Positions 1-12,450 of a stretch of 64,000 nt of DNA are shown piece by piece. Each line of letters opens with the position of its first letter. The stretch's first letter is position 1. The notes under the pieces are model-generated. The model was given only the letters and a program-made list of their open reading frames with translations. It did not search any database and was not told the origin of the DNA. This stretch comes from Octopus vulgaris (taxonomy: Eukaryota): positions 130,820,001-130,884,000 of the forward strand of contig OX597818.1 of the NCBI GenBank assembly GCA_951406725.2, given 5' to 3'. Position numbers and translations under genes: made by a program.

Positions 1-623
1 AATGCTTCTGATTTAGTGAGATCTAGAAGTTGTAAAGTCTTTAACCCAACTCCCATCTCACACAAATCGTAATATGAAAAAAATAAAACCAAAGAAAAAA
101 GAAATAACATGAGAAGGTTCCAGTATATATTTATTGTACTTTTATTTTGTCTTTATTTATATTATATATTCCTTATATTCCCCCTTTCTTCCCCGCCTGT
201 CTCTGGGGCAAACAGTGCAAAAATCAAATGCCATATACACATTTGCAAAGACTTCATCATTGATCTAATGATAAGCAGAGCTGGATAAGGTTTCTGGCAA
301 TAAGGTTTATTAAGTATGAATGTATTGATCTATATAAAATGACATTGCCAACAGATATGGAAATTGGATATTTATTTTAATAACATGTCATTTATTTGTA
401 TTTGTATATATTTTTCTCCCTCTCCCATATTCTCTAATTACTGTGTTATGGCTTAAGCTACAACAGGAGTTTTACCCCCATCATTGTTTTGTAGATATTA
501 ATTGCTAACCATGTAATTGTATGTATGAGTGTGTTTGTGTGCATATATGTATGCATCAACATATGCGTGTGTGTGTGAGTGTGTGTATGAGAGTGTGTGT
601 GTGTTTGTAAATATATGTGTGTT

Positions 624-702
<79 letters not shown>

Positions 703-915
703 TCGTTCGACTCCATTCTTTCATTTATTTATATATATACATATATATAAACACACTTATACATACAATATTTATACATATACACACATATAGATATACT
801 TATAAATATATATATAATTATATGTATACATATATATAAACACACTTATACATACAATATTTATACATATACACACATATGGATATACTTATAAATATAT
901 ATATATAACTATATA

Positions 916-948
<33 letters not shown>

Positions 949-954
949 GTACTT

Positions 955-988
<34 letters not shown>

Positions 989-992
989 GTAC

Positions 993-1031
<39 letters not shown>

Positions 1032-1223
1032 CATATGATTATCATTATCTTCATCATATGATGTTTCTTTCTATGCTGGCATGGGTTGGATGGCTTGATA
1101 GGAACTCGTAAAGTCAGAAAATTGCACCAAGCACAAGCACATCGATACTTACATACATGTAGGTATGAGTTCATGTATATGTGTTTGTGTGTGTGTGTAC
1201 ACACACATACACACACAGACACA

Positions 1224-1258
<35 letters not shown>

Positions 1259-1348
1259 TATTCTGAAATAAGAATATTATTGACAGCGACTTTGAAGTTT
1301 CAGCCAGGTAAGTCACGATTGGCCTGCAGTATTTTTACATATATATAC

Positions 1349-1405
<57 letters not shown>

Positions 1406-1674
1406 TGTGTGTATATATGTGTTCACACAGATAGACAAACACACAAGCATACTTCAGGTATTTTTCAGCTGTAAAGAGAACTTAAGTGACATTATGGGCT
1501 AAAGTTTCAAGTAACAGCTCTTACCAAACTAGGTTGATAAGTAATATATATACATATATACATATAGACATGTACACACACACACATATGAATAAACATA
1601 TTATACATGTGTGTGTGGATGCATGCATGCATACATGCATACATACAAACATACATATATATATATAGATACAC

Positions 1675-1788
<114 letters not shown>

Positions 1789-1927
1789 TACACACACATT
1801 TAATTACATAGACTTTCACACACATACATACATACATACAAACATACCTATATGTGTGTGTGAAAGTCTATGTAATTAAATGTGTGTGTATGTGTGTGTA
1901 TATATACATATATATATGTATATATAT

Positions 1928-2196
1928 CTCAACATCCAAACTTCCTCATTCTACATCGAGTGAAAGACGGGATGGACGCTTCGTTTTTGTGTTGGTGCCC
2001 CACTCTGTCGGACGCGACTATGAGGATTTGCATCCCCAACGTAAAACTTATAATGTAATACATGTCCTTGAAGTAGTAATTGTACGCGGCTGAAGAAGGC
2101 CGTAGACACACACATTATGCATTGTTATAAAACCATCTAATAAAGGCCCGAAACATATGTACCGCTGAATCCTTGGCATCATGTTTTTATTTTGAT
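1928..2196 (+). mobile_element. Penelope-like element (PLE) terminal-repeat remnant between (TA)n tracts
   Basis: Non-repetitive island flanked by (TA)n on both sides and containing a complete type I hammerhead, a known PLE hallmark. Confidence 0.6.
2086..2165 (+). ncRNA. Type I hammerhead ribozyme with long stem II loop
   Basis: GCGG-CTGAAGA-AGGCC...(~43 nt)...GGCCC-GAAAC-ATAT-GTA-CCGC. Stem I is GCGG/CCGC, cores are CUGANGA and GAAA, stem III is the palindrome ACATATGT, and the cleavage triplet is GUA. Confidence 0.8.
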
Positions 2197-2217
2197 TAAT
2201 ATATATATATATATATG

Positions 2218-2253
<36 letters not shown>

Positions 2254-2256
2254 GTC

Positions 2257-2349
<93 letters not shown>

Positions 2350-2354
<5 letters not shown>

Positions 2355-2415
2355 AATATTCAGCCACATCCAAAATTTGCCTCCCATTCACAGCAGCAGC
2401 AGCAATGACAGTGAC
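2350..2415 (-). pseudogene. Candidate decayed exon ([22 protein letters not shown]) running into a (TA)n tract
   Basis: Acceptor ttcataaag|GTC, then 22 open codons in phase 0, compatible with the phase-0 donor of the 3934-4129 exon. Confidence 0.3.
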
Positions 2416-3330
2416 CTTTATGAAAGTGCAATTCAATATGATTAATTCATGTATGGCTTGGAAAATGTTTTCTGTATACTTTGAACACCAAATTATCTAT
2501 CTTTAAGGAACACACTTTGGATATTATTGATGTAAGTATAATATCCACTTAGGTACGAAACAAAAACACAAAACTGCAACGAATAAATAAATAAATGATA
2601 TAAGTAAAAAAAAAAAAGATAAATTTAAAAAAGGCACAAATAATTTTTAAAAAAAAAGTAATAATAAAATAAATTTGCAATAATTTGATTGTCTTAACAA
2701 ATATTTGATTAGGAAGGATGGGAGGAGGCGACGGTTCATTTCTCGCTTTGCATGATTTGTGGATGTTGTGAGTGTTTATGGTTGTTTTGCTTTTTGGCAA
2801 TTTTTTGAACAGCTGGGGGTAGCAGGAGGGTGAGCAACACTCTAATTGGCTAAATTTGAAGATAATCAAATATATAATTGTGGTAATAAAGAGAGATATT
2901 TGGTTTTCTTTTTTTCCTTTTACATACTTTTTTTTTTGTGTTCCTTTAATGTTTGTCAACTATTTCTCCATGTTAGCTTAGATTATAACATAAAAAAAAT
3001 ATATATTTATATTTAAATGTCTCCTAAGCTTTTATGATGGGTGTGTGTGTGGGGGGGTTTGGTGGTGTTTGTGGAGTGGAGAGCATGTGAGGTGGGGGTG
3101 GAGGAAGGAAGAAGGGATTTTTAATGGCTGCTGCACAATTCCACATTTTATGGTGAAAAGTGAGTGGTAGCCTTAATCCATCACCTACTTTAACACCAAT
3201 AACATCCCAATGACCACCACTACCACCTCATGGTCCTTGGGAACATGTAGCAGAGACCACTCTGTTGCTTGCATTTGGGCCAAGCTTCAAGTTTATGAAC
3301 AGACTTTTCTCTACAACAGAAAAGGGTCAA

Positions 3331-3872
3331 CCCTTTAGCATTTAAATCGACTACATCTGGCCCAAATATTCTATGTGTTTTATGTTTGAACATGCCAGTT
3401 CTGACCTCTCACACCTACCATACAATGTCGTTCTAAAAATATACAATCACATCATTGAAATATGGAAGCTGTAAGGGGTAGCGAACTTCTTCACTACTTC
3501 AGGGAGTGATGACCCTGCCTGACACGAGTTCCGGGCTCAGCTGGCTCCGGCTGACAGTACCCGGTATGGGCCCCTATCCAGGGTTACGGAAAGGAGACAG
3601 CCTTCAAAGAAATCCGGAGTGGAGCCCCGAAGGCGGTCTAGTGTTCGACTCGACACTCTTCCGGCAGCTCCTGCAACCAAGCTGGTACCAAACGTAATGC
3701 ACTGCACTCCACTGGACTACATCAGCTAGGTCGAGAGAGGAAACCTGACGATTGGGCTACCCAGGACTTTCTTATCTATAGCCCAGGCCTGCGCAAGATG
3801 ATATAGAATTAATCTAAAGCAATGTGAGTAAATAAGAATTACATCTGACAGAATAATCTGAAAACTAAAGAG
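3331..3872 (+). mobile_element. piggyBac-like (TTAA) MITE interrupted by a GC-rich insert
   Basis: tcaa-CCCTTTAGCATT...CTAAAGAG-ttaa. The body matches copies at 13007, 24937 and 42558. Confidence 0.7.
3471..3793 (+). mobile_element. GC-rich insert, probable non-LTR (RTE-like) 5' UTR fragment
   Basis: Sharp composition change inside the MITE. The motif aaatccggagtggagccccgaaggcggt resembles RTE 5' UTRs as I recall them (not searched). Confidence 0.4.
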
Positions 3873-3933
3873 TTAAGCACACTGCTCTTTCTTTTCATGT
3901 TAAATCAGTTAGAAAGAAACAAATAAACTTAAC

Positions 3934-4129
3934 CTGGGGATAGTTCTGAATGAGCTGTTCAGTAAGCAAACATAACCATTCCATCTGACCATTCCATCTG
4001 ATCAAGAAGTACATTCTCAGATGTAACATACCCTTTATCTTGTAAATGGGTAAAGAAGCTGAAAATTGAACTAAAATTCTTCTGGTTAGGCATGGGTATG
4101 TTATCAGTCTGAGAACCATCGTCCTTGTG
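3934..4129 (-). pseudogene. Candidate coding exon frameshifted by a 13-bp tandem duplication
   Basis: Pyrimidine tract and aaag| acceptor; donor cag|gttaag. Removing one copy of ACCATTCCATCTG (3975-4000) gives a 183-nt phase 0/0 exon: HKDDGSQTDNIPMPNQKNFSSIFSFFTHLQDKGYVTSENVLLDQMEWLCLLTEQLIQNYPQ. Confidence 0.5.
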
Positions 4130-4611
4130 CTTTTACAAAATGGGAAAGAAGGAAAGGACAAATTAGATAGTGGCTTCATTCATTTGGTTTTACATTTGAC
4201 AAGAATTGTTAAAACAGATTTACTATAGAGGGATGCTCTTCCTGTCATCAATCTTTACTCGGTTTCCAAGTAAGGCATTTTTTCCTTCATTCCACTGGTC
4301 CACATCCACTGAAGTCTTGAAAGACAGGACTCTATGCTTATAAGAAATTTTAGACAAATTTGCTTAAATGGTGTTTATGAGAAAACATGAGATGACATAC
4401 ATACCTATGCACATGGACACCCACACACGCACTTACATATGAATGCATGTATACACTCACAAATATATACACACACACACCTATCTACCTACCTATTTAT
4501 CTATCTTATATATATACATACATACATACATATGTACGTACGTACATATGTACGTATGTATGTATGTATGTATGTATGTATGAGTGTGTGTGTGTGTATG
4601 TATACATATGT

Positions 4612-4822
4612 TTGTGTGACCTCGTGTGTACCATCGGCAATTTTTTTTCCTCTGTCTTCCCTTCTCTGGATCTTTCCTTCTACTATGTTTCCGACGAAGA
4701 GCTCCACTTGAAACGTAATACCCTCCTTCTTTCCTTCTTTCCTGAGCGTCTAATAATACTATATTTGTTCAATGTCCTTGCGTTGTTGTGTTTTTTTGTG
4801 CTTTCTTGTTTGGATTAACTTT
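4612..4822 (+). mobile_element. PLE terminal-repeat fragment with degenerate minimal hammerhead (4688-4720)
   Basis: ttt-CCGACGA-AGAGCTCCACTT-GAAAC-GTA. Same family as 12298-12450 and 49105-49315. Confidence 0.65.
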
Positions 4823-5572
4823 ATATATATACATACATACATACATACACACATACACACATACATATAAATATACATACATATGTGTGTGTGTATATAC
4901 ATATATATAGACAGTTGATTTATACAATTGATTTACCTCTCTCCAAAATCGCTGGGCTCGTGTCAAAATTTGAAATCAATAATGGAATAAGCAGATGTGC
5001 TCCAAAAGGAAACAGCAGGGATTTACCCTAACTACCTATATAATGCATGCATATATACACGCACACACACTTACGCACAACACATACAGACATACATACA
5101 TACACGTACACTAATTCCATTCACAAAGTATTGGTCAGCCGGAAGCCACAGTAGAAGACACTTACTCAAGGTGCTGCACACTGGGATCAAACTGAGAACC
5201 ATGTGATTACAAAGTTCACTCTGTAAAACCACACAGTCATAACCGAATGTAGACATAAAATGAAATCTCTGTAAAGAAGAGATAGTTCTCCTTGATCAGA
5301 TTTGATGTGGGACAAAACAACAATAACAACAACAACTAAACTACACCAACAACCAACAAACAATAGTATCAAGCAACTTAATTTCGTCCCCTTTTCAGGC
5401 AAAGATCAATGTAAGGAAAGATCAATGGAAGTGCAATCTTGTGCAGAGAAAAGAAGTTAGGTAATTAATGTGAACGAATGCTTCAATTTAGTGATTAGTA
5501 ACCGAGGTTGTCTAATACAAAGGATTGAGGTGTGGTTAGAGCGAATGATTGACAATACTGTGGAGTGGGAAA

Positions 5573-6473
5573 TCTTTATATATAAAAGTGAAGTTGTGTG
5601 TCTGTCTCCTACGATTTAGATTCCTAACTACTCCCACATTTTGCGATGCAGTTTAATCAAAACCAGGTATCTATAGTCGTGATTCATATCGAGCCCTTCT
5701 GGGTATTAGCGCGTGTCTACGATGAGTCTACGATTTAAAAAATAATTTACCATAGTTTTTTTCCATTTTAACGCATATTTTTTCGTGTGTCGATGGCGGC
5801 GGAGTTGGCGTCCATGCTCACATCTGCACCTGTGTTGCTTCTCCCCCTTCTTCCCTCCCTCGTGAAGCTGTGGGGAAGGGAGTGTAAGGAAATCAACGTC
5901 GTAAAGCGTTGTCAAGGAGACCAGCGTTCTTTTAGAACAACGATTTCATGGCTTGAAGACACCAAAACAGAAATCGCTAAAAAAGCTGAAACAGATCCAC
6001 AAAAACGGCAAAAACCGCCACACAGGGCAGGTTTCCTGTGCAAACAATTTGCACAACCAAATGTTTTAGTTGTTACACAAATCTTTATACATAAAAGTGA
6101 AGTTGTGTGTCTGTCTCCTACGATTTAGATTCCTAACTACTCCCACATTTTGCAGTGCAGTGTAACCAAAAGCGGGTATCTTATAGTCGTGATTCATATC
6201 GAGCCCTTCTGGGTATTAGTGCGCATCTACGATGAGTCTATGATTTAAAAAAAATTTACCATAATTTTTCCCCATTTTAATGCATTTTTTTGCTATTATA
6301 TAAGGGAAGTAACTCTCTAAAAATGTATTATTAAATCTCAGAACGTAAAAAGCTACAGTAACACCCCCTTTGTGGTTAGCCATATTGAGATTGCTATTAT
6401 ACTTTACATCTCTAAAAATGCTTATATAGTTATTTCCCTTACAAACCCGAGCAACGCCGGGCGATACTGCTAG
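5573..6473 (+). mobile_element. Non-autonomous Helitron with an internally repeated 5' end (6082)
   Basis: a|TC 5' end, subterminal hairpin CCCGAGCAACGCCGGG, and CTAG|t 3' end. About 200 bp of the 5' end recurs at 6082-6290. Confidence 0.85.
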
Positions 6474-6489
6474 TATTATATAAATAAGT

Positions 6490-6745
6490 TAAGCTGTGAG
6501 CTGGCATAATTACTAGCATGTCAAGCAAAACGTTTAGCAACATTTGTCCATCTTTACATTCTATGTTCAAATTCTGCTGAGGCCAAGTTTGTCTTTCATC
6601 CTTTTCAGAGTCAAGTACAAGTTGAGCACTGGGATTGATGTAATTGATTTACCCCCACCCTTCCACCCACTCTGAATATGCAGGATTTGTGCTGAAATTT
6701 GAAAATAATATTCTTTTCTTCTCTAGGCACAAGGCCTGAAAATTT
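6490..6745 (+). mobile_element. Degenerate family E SINE (Meta-domain-like)
   Basis: Head aagctgtgagctggcataat...gttcaaattctgctgagg and a ctttcatccttt box; matches the reverse complement of 16480-16700. Confidence 0.65.
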
Positions 6746-6819
6746 TACTTTACATCTCTAAAAATGCTTATATAGTTATTTCCCTTACAATCCCGAGCAA
6801 CGCCTGGCGATACTGCTAG
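6746..6819 (+). mobile_element. Second copy of the Helitron 3' terminus
   Basis: Near-exact repeat of 6400-6473, including the hairpin and CTAG|t. Confidence 0.85.
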
Positions 6820-7251
6820 TGAAAATATAAAAAAGTAAACGAATCCAAAAAAGAAAGAAATTAAAAGTGAAAAAGAAAGGTGGGATTGTGTCATGTGAAA
6901 ATTTCTTCAAGCATTTCTTGTGTAAGAATTTCCAAAGTTGTAAGAAATAAGGATATCAGTGCTCTTCGTGATGTTAGAATTCAAATGGATCAAGCCATTC
7001 AGGCCAACAGACTGCATGCTGTACAAACTGGGACAAGATCGCAAACCATTTAGAAGACGATACAAAAAACACAGACGGGACATTCGAAGCCTTCAATCTT
7101 CAGTCGAGAACCGGATCATCCTCGCAATTTCGGCTGATTAATCTTGAGATTGCTCCGATCTGGCCAGCCCAAAAGGAAAATCTAAGCCAAGCACAATATA
7201 TATACACACACACATATGTATGTGTACATGTGTGTATGTATGTATGTATGA

Positions 7252-7294
<43 letters not shown>

Positions 7295-7504
7295 TACATA
7301 TGTATACATACACACACACTCATACATACATACGTACATATGTATGTGTGTATGTATGTATGTATGTATGTATATATATATATAAGATAGATAAATAGGG
7401 AGGTAGGTAATTGTGTGTGTATGTGTGTGTGTGAGTGTATGTATGCATGCATATGTAAGTACGTGTGTGGGTGTCCATGTGCATAGGTATGTATGCCATC
7501 TCAT

Positions 7505-7790
7505 CACATAGATAAAAACACATTTGTGCTCATAGATATGTCAATCCCAGCAGATTGTAATGCTTCTGTGAAAAAAACATTTGGAAAGTTGGGTAAATAT
7601 AAGGAGCTTGAAAGCAGTCTCAGAAATGTGGAATCTAAGAAAAAAACAACGGTAACTGTTGTCACTGGAGCTTTGGTGGTAATATCAAGTGGCATTCTAA
7701 AATATTATGAGCAAATACCAGGAAAATTTTTAAAATATCAGAACTGCATGAAATTGTTCTCATAGATACAGCAGCTCACTTTCCAAGAAA
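7505..7790 (+). mobile_element. Old R4/Dong-like LINE fragment (restriction-like endonuclease domain)
   Basis: VLIDMSIPADCN...KLGKYKELE...VVTGAL aligns with the fresher copy at 16787. Confidence 0.65.
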
Positions 7791-7882
7791 AAGACTGCCA
7801 ACCAAAAGGAGTAAAGAGTATGAAGAAATGCCACCAAGCATTTTGTTTAAGATGCAATTGAGTCTGCCGTCTCACTGCCTTC

Positions 7883-8080
7883 AAATAATAATAATAATAA
7901 TAATGACGATGATGATGATGAGGAGGAGGAGGAGGAGGAGGAGGAGGGAGAGGAAGATGAGGAAGATGAGGAAGATGAGGAAGAGGAGGGAGAGGAGGAG
8001 GGAGAGGAGGAGGGAGAGGAAGAGGAAGAGGAAGAGGAAGAGGAAGAGGAGGGAGGGAGAGGGAGAGGGAGAGGAGGAGG
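7883..8080. repeat. Compound AAT/ATG/GAG/GAAGAG microsatellite
   Basis: Seen directly. Confidence 0.95.
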
Positions 8081-8081
8081 G

Positions 8082-8672
8082 CTGCAGCAAATATTTTGCT
8101 CAATAGCACAGAATTGTGATGCCCTGATGCAGTACCAGGCAGTGGCTCCCATGGCCTCTGATCTTAACTGATTGGAAGTGTTATCATGTGCATTGTTTTG
8201 TTCTGGTATAAAAGACGAACTACAGCAAATATTTTGCTCAATATCACAGATTTGCTTGTCAGTCGCTTGACCTTAACCAGTTGAACATAGCCCTTCGTAG
8301 TTGATGACATGTGCATCACTATTCACAAGCAGAAGAAGTGGGGGAGCATCATAGCTATGTGTTTTGAGAAATTCTTTGGGGTTTGGATAATTCACCTCTG
8401 GAAACATGGGTGTTTCATTCAACACCCTTAAACAAGCCTTGTTCAGGAACTTTTTGAGCGGGATGGGTTACTCGACCTGAAGAAAATTCTAACTGGGCCC
8501 CACTTGCAAGGTCATGCGCTGTTTATTTTGATATGAGATCACTATGTCGTGCACATATGGTTGTGATGCATGTGCCTAGTGTACCCTTATCAGATGGGTA
8601 GTCATGATGGGTATACTGGGCTTCGTATACTTGTACCTCAGTGTCACTTTGATGGCATGTGCTAATCTCTCA

Positions 8673-8676
<4 letters not shown>
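8082..8676. repeat. Unclassified interspersed repeat ending in (AAT)n, possibly a LINE 3' UTR
   Basis: Ends actg-aataataat like the Dong copy at 17161. Internal direct repeat cagcaaatattttgctcaata at 8085 and 8223. Confidence 0.35.
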
Positions 8677-8717
<41 letters not shown>

Positions 8718-8799
8718 TATAATAATAATAATAATAATAGTAATAATAATAATAATAATAATAATGATGATGATGATAATAATAATAATATATAATAAT

Positions 8800-9132
8800 A
8801 ATCCCTTATACTGGCCAGAAACTGGTACTTAATTTATCGACCTGAAAGGATGAAAGGCAAAATTGACCTCAGAGGAATTTGAACATTATGACAGATAAAA
8901 TGCCACAAAGCATTTTGCCCAGCATGGTAACGATTCTGCCAGCTTGTCGCCTTAATAATAATAATAATAATAATCCTTTTCACTAAAGGTACAAGGCCTG
9001 AAATTTTTGGGGAAGAGCCGAGTCAATTACATTGATCCCAGTACTTGACTGGCAAAAGTGACCTTGATAAAATTTGAACCCAGACCGAAATGCTGCCAAG
9101 GATTTTGTCTGACGAGCTAACAATTCTGCTAG
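8800..9132 (-). mobile_element. Two degenerate family E SINE copies separated by (AAT)n
   Basis: Contain ctggtacttaatttatcgacc-tgaaaggatgaaaggcaa and cgattctgccagct. Confidence 0.7.
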
Positions 9133-9134
9133 CT

Positions 9135-9135
9135 A

Positions 9136-9185
<50 letters not shown>

Positions 9186-9339
9186 AATGGTGATGATGAT
9201 AATGATGAAGATGATAATGATGATGATGATGATGATGATGATAACGATGATGATGATAATGATGAAGATGATGATAATGATGATGATGATAATGATGATG
9301 ATGATGATAATGATCATGATGATAATGATGAAGATGATA

Positions 9340-9386
<47 letters not shown>

Positions 9387-9553
9387 AATGATGATGATCA
9401 CGATGATGATGATAATGACGATGATGAGGAGGAGAAGGAAGGGGTGGAGGTGGAGGAGGACAAAGTGGGGGAGGTTGGAGAGGTGGTGGTGGAAGAGGAG
9501 GAGGAAGATATGTTACTGCCACAACAGCTGCTGATGATGGTGGGATGGTGAGG

Positions 9554-9617
<64 letters not shown>

Positions 9618-10908
9618 TAATAATGGTATTAACAATACTGATAATTAAATAATAATCGAGACAAAAATAAACAAAAACACTGTGACATAACAGGGATCAT
9701 GCAACTCAAGATGCTGCGATTGAGGCTGGTGCTGATGAGGATGAGGATGATGCTGAAGAAGATGATGATTTGAAGCAGCACTGACGATAGCAACAACTGA
9801 AATGACAGTAATGACATTAATGATGAGGACTATGAGAGTAGAGATGGAGATGATGATGATGATGATGATGTTCGCTATAATAACGATGATTGGTAACAAT
9901 AATTATAATTTTACCATTGAAGACGATGTTGATCTTGTCTCTTTGACCTCTCTATCTACCATTAATGATGCAATGACAGTGATTACGTTGACAACGACGA
10001 CGACGACGACGATGTTGATGATGATGATGATGTTATTGCAAATGATGACATTTATGATGATGATGATGATGATGATGTTGTTATTGCAAATGATGATATT
10101 TATAGTGATGATGATGATGATGATGTTAATGAAAGTAATGACAAGAAATGACGATGATGATGGTGCTAGAAGTGGTGGATAGCGGTGGTGGTGGTGGTGG
10201 TGGTGGTGAAGGTGGTGGTGAAGGTGGTGGTGATGGTGGCTGAATTAATGGTGGTGTTGGTGGTAATGGTTAAACTGGTGGTGGTGGAAGTTGAATTGGT
10301 GGTGGTGGTAGTGGTGGTGGTGGTGAAGGTGGTGGTGATGATGGCTGAATTGATGGTGGTGTTGGTGGTAATGCTTTAACTGGTGGTGGTTGAAGTTGAA
10401 CTGGTGGTGGTGATAGTGGTTGAATTGGTGGTGGCGTTGGTGGTAATGGTTAAACTGGTGGTGGTAGTCGTGGAGGTGGTGAAGGTTGAATTGATGGTGA
10501 TGGTAGTTGAATTAGTGATGGTGGTGGGCAGTAGTGGTTGAATTAGTGGTGGCGGTGGTTGAATTAATGGTGGTGGGCATTGGTGGTGGTGGTGGCTGTC
10601 CTCTTCATCATCGGTGTCATGGTGTTGGAGGTGATGGTGGTGGTGGTGGTGGTGGTGGTAATGATGCTTATGAAAGTAATGATAATAATAAGATTGATAG
10701 CAACAATAACAATGAACTAGGATGATGAAGGTAATGAGGATGACAAATATAACCAAGATTCAAATGATGATGATGACAATGATGATGATGGTCGCGATGA
10801 TGACGATGATGATGATGATGATGGTCATGATGATATAACATGATGCTGATAACAATGTTAGCAACAGTGATGATGATGACATTGATAATGATGATGATAA
10901 TGATGATG

Positions 10909-10940
<32 letters not shown>

Positions 10941-11008
10941 GATGGTCGTGATGATATAACATGATGCTGATAACAATGCTAACAACAGTGATGATGATGA
11001 CGTTGATA

Positions 11009-11068
<60 letters not shown>

Positions 11069-11135
11069 GTCGTGATGATATAACATGATGCTGATAACAA
11101 TGCTAACAACAGTAATGATGATGACATTGATGATA

Positions 11136-11171
<36 letters not shown>

Positions 11172-11280
11172 GTAAAAAATGGCATTGATCATGTGAATGA
11201 AGTTGACAATGATGCTGATGATGATGATGAAATGAAGAGAATGGCAATGTTTGATGATGATGATAATGATGATGATTGAT
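9135..11280. repeat. About 2.1 kb trinucleotide repeat field ((ATG)n, (AAT)n, (GGT)n) with higher-order units
   Basis: Seen directly. A spacer ggtcgtgatgatataacatgatgctgataacaatgctaacaacagt recurs three times between 10820 and 11115. Confidence 0.95.
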
Positions 11281-11479
11281 ATTCATGAGAATGTAGAAAG
11301 GATGGTTAGTTTATTTTAAATGGTGTTATGCTTAAAGCAATGGCATTCATTGTTTTAGCTTTCCATTGAGGGTAAAAATGACAAGGGAGTGTCTATGCAA
11401 CTTGGGCAGAATATATATACTACAAGGTTTTTTTTGTTCAGAACACTGTACATATCTTCCTGATATGTATAACTTCTGC

Positions 11480-11885
11480 TGAAAGACACACACACAGAAA
11501 CATGCAAATACACATAAACACACACAAAAACACAGACACATAAATACACACACAAACACACACACACACATGCATACCTAAACACACACGCACACACACA
11601 CACAAACACATACATAAACTCACATAAACACACACAACACAAAACACACACAACACAAAACACACACATATAAACACTCACACACACACACATACACACA
11701 TAAAAACGCACACAAACACACACACACATGCATACCTAAACACACACGCATACACACACATAAACACACACATAAACACACACACAAACACATACATAAA
11801 CTCACATAAACACACACAACACAAACACACACATATAAACACTCACACACACACACATAAAAATGCACACAAACACACGCACATA
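11480..11885. repeat. Compound (AC)-rich repeat with internally duplicated blocks
   Basis: Blocks catgcatacctaaacacacacgca and catacataaactcacataaac each recur. Confidence 0.9.
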
Positions 11886-12297
11886 TCACTGTGTCGACCG
11901 GACTATAGGTTGTTGTTATACACTGCTGGTCACAATGCACGTCCTTGCATTGTGTTTTTAGCTTTCGAATGATGCCATCCCACTGGTTAGGCAAGCAGTC
12001 CTACATTCCCCATAAATGGAAAGCCAGTTTGTCTTTTGCTCAAAAACAGGATGCACCAGTAGTCTGGGAATTGAAACAAATAGCTTGTGATCAAGAGTGC
12101 AACACCCTAACCACTAGTTCACATGCCTTCATCGCCGAGGTCGACTTTGCCTTTCATCCTTTTGGGGTTGATAAATAAAGTACCAGTTACGCATTGGGGT
12201 CAATGTAATCGACTTAATCCCTTTGTCTGTCCTTGTTTGTCCCCTCTATGTTTAGCCCCTTGTGGGCAGTAAAGAAATATATAGATATATATATATT

Positions 12298-12450
12298 TAA
12301 TCCAAACAAGAAAACACAAAAAAAGCACAAAAAAATAAAACCACAGCAACGCGAGGACGTGGACCAAATAAAGTATTATTGGACGCTCAGGAAAGAAGGG
12401 AAGGAGGGTTTAACGCTTCGAGTGGAGCTCTTCGTCGGAAACAAAGGAGA
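12298..12450 (-). mobile_element. PLE terminal-repeat fragment with minimal hammerhead-like motif (12408-12442)
   Basis: Reverse complement reads gttt-CCGACGA-AGAGCTCCACTC-GAAGC-GTT-aaac. Confidence 0.65.

Noticed and set aside
1287-1307. Possible 21-nt plus-strand microexon (gacag|...cag|gtaagt)
   Set aside because: The donor is perfect but the acceptor has no pyrimidine tract, and I found no partner exons.
5787-6128. 113-aa ORF inside the Helitron as a captured gene or Rep fragment
   Set aside because: It has no HUH or helicase motif and runs into the repeated 5' terminus.
7070-7110. Minus-strand ctgaaga...cgaatgtc as a hammerhead
   Set aside because: There is no GAAA box and no convincing stem I.
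9090-9551. Poly-Asp/Glu ORF resembling an acidic biomineralisation protein
   Set aside because: It starts in a SINE remnant, has no signal peptide or splice support, and is part of an (ATG)n field open in several frames.
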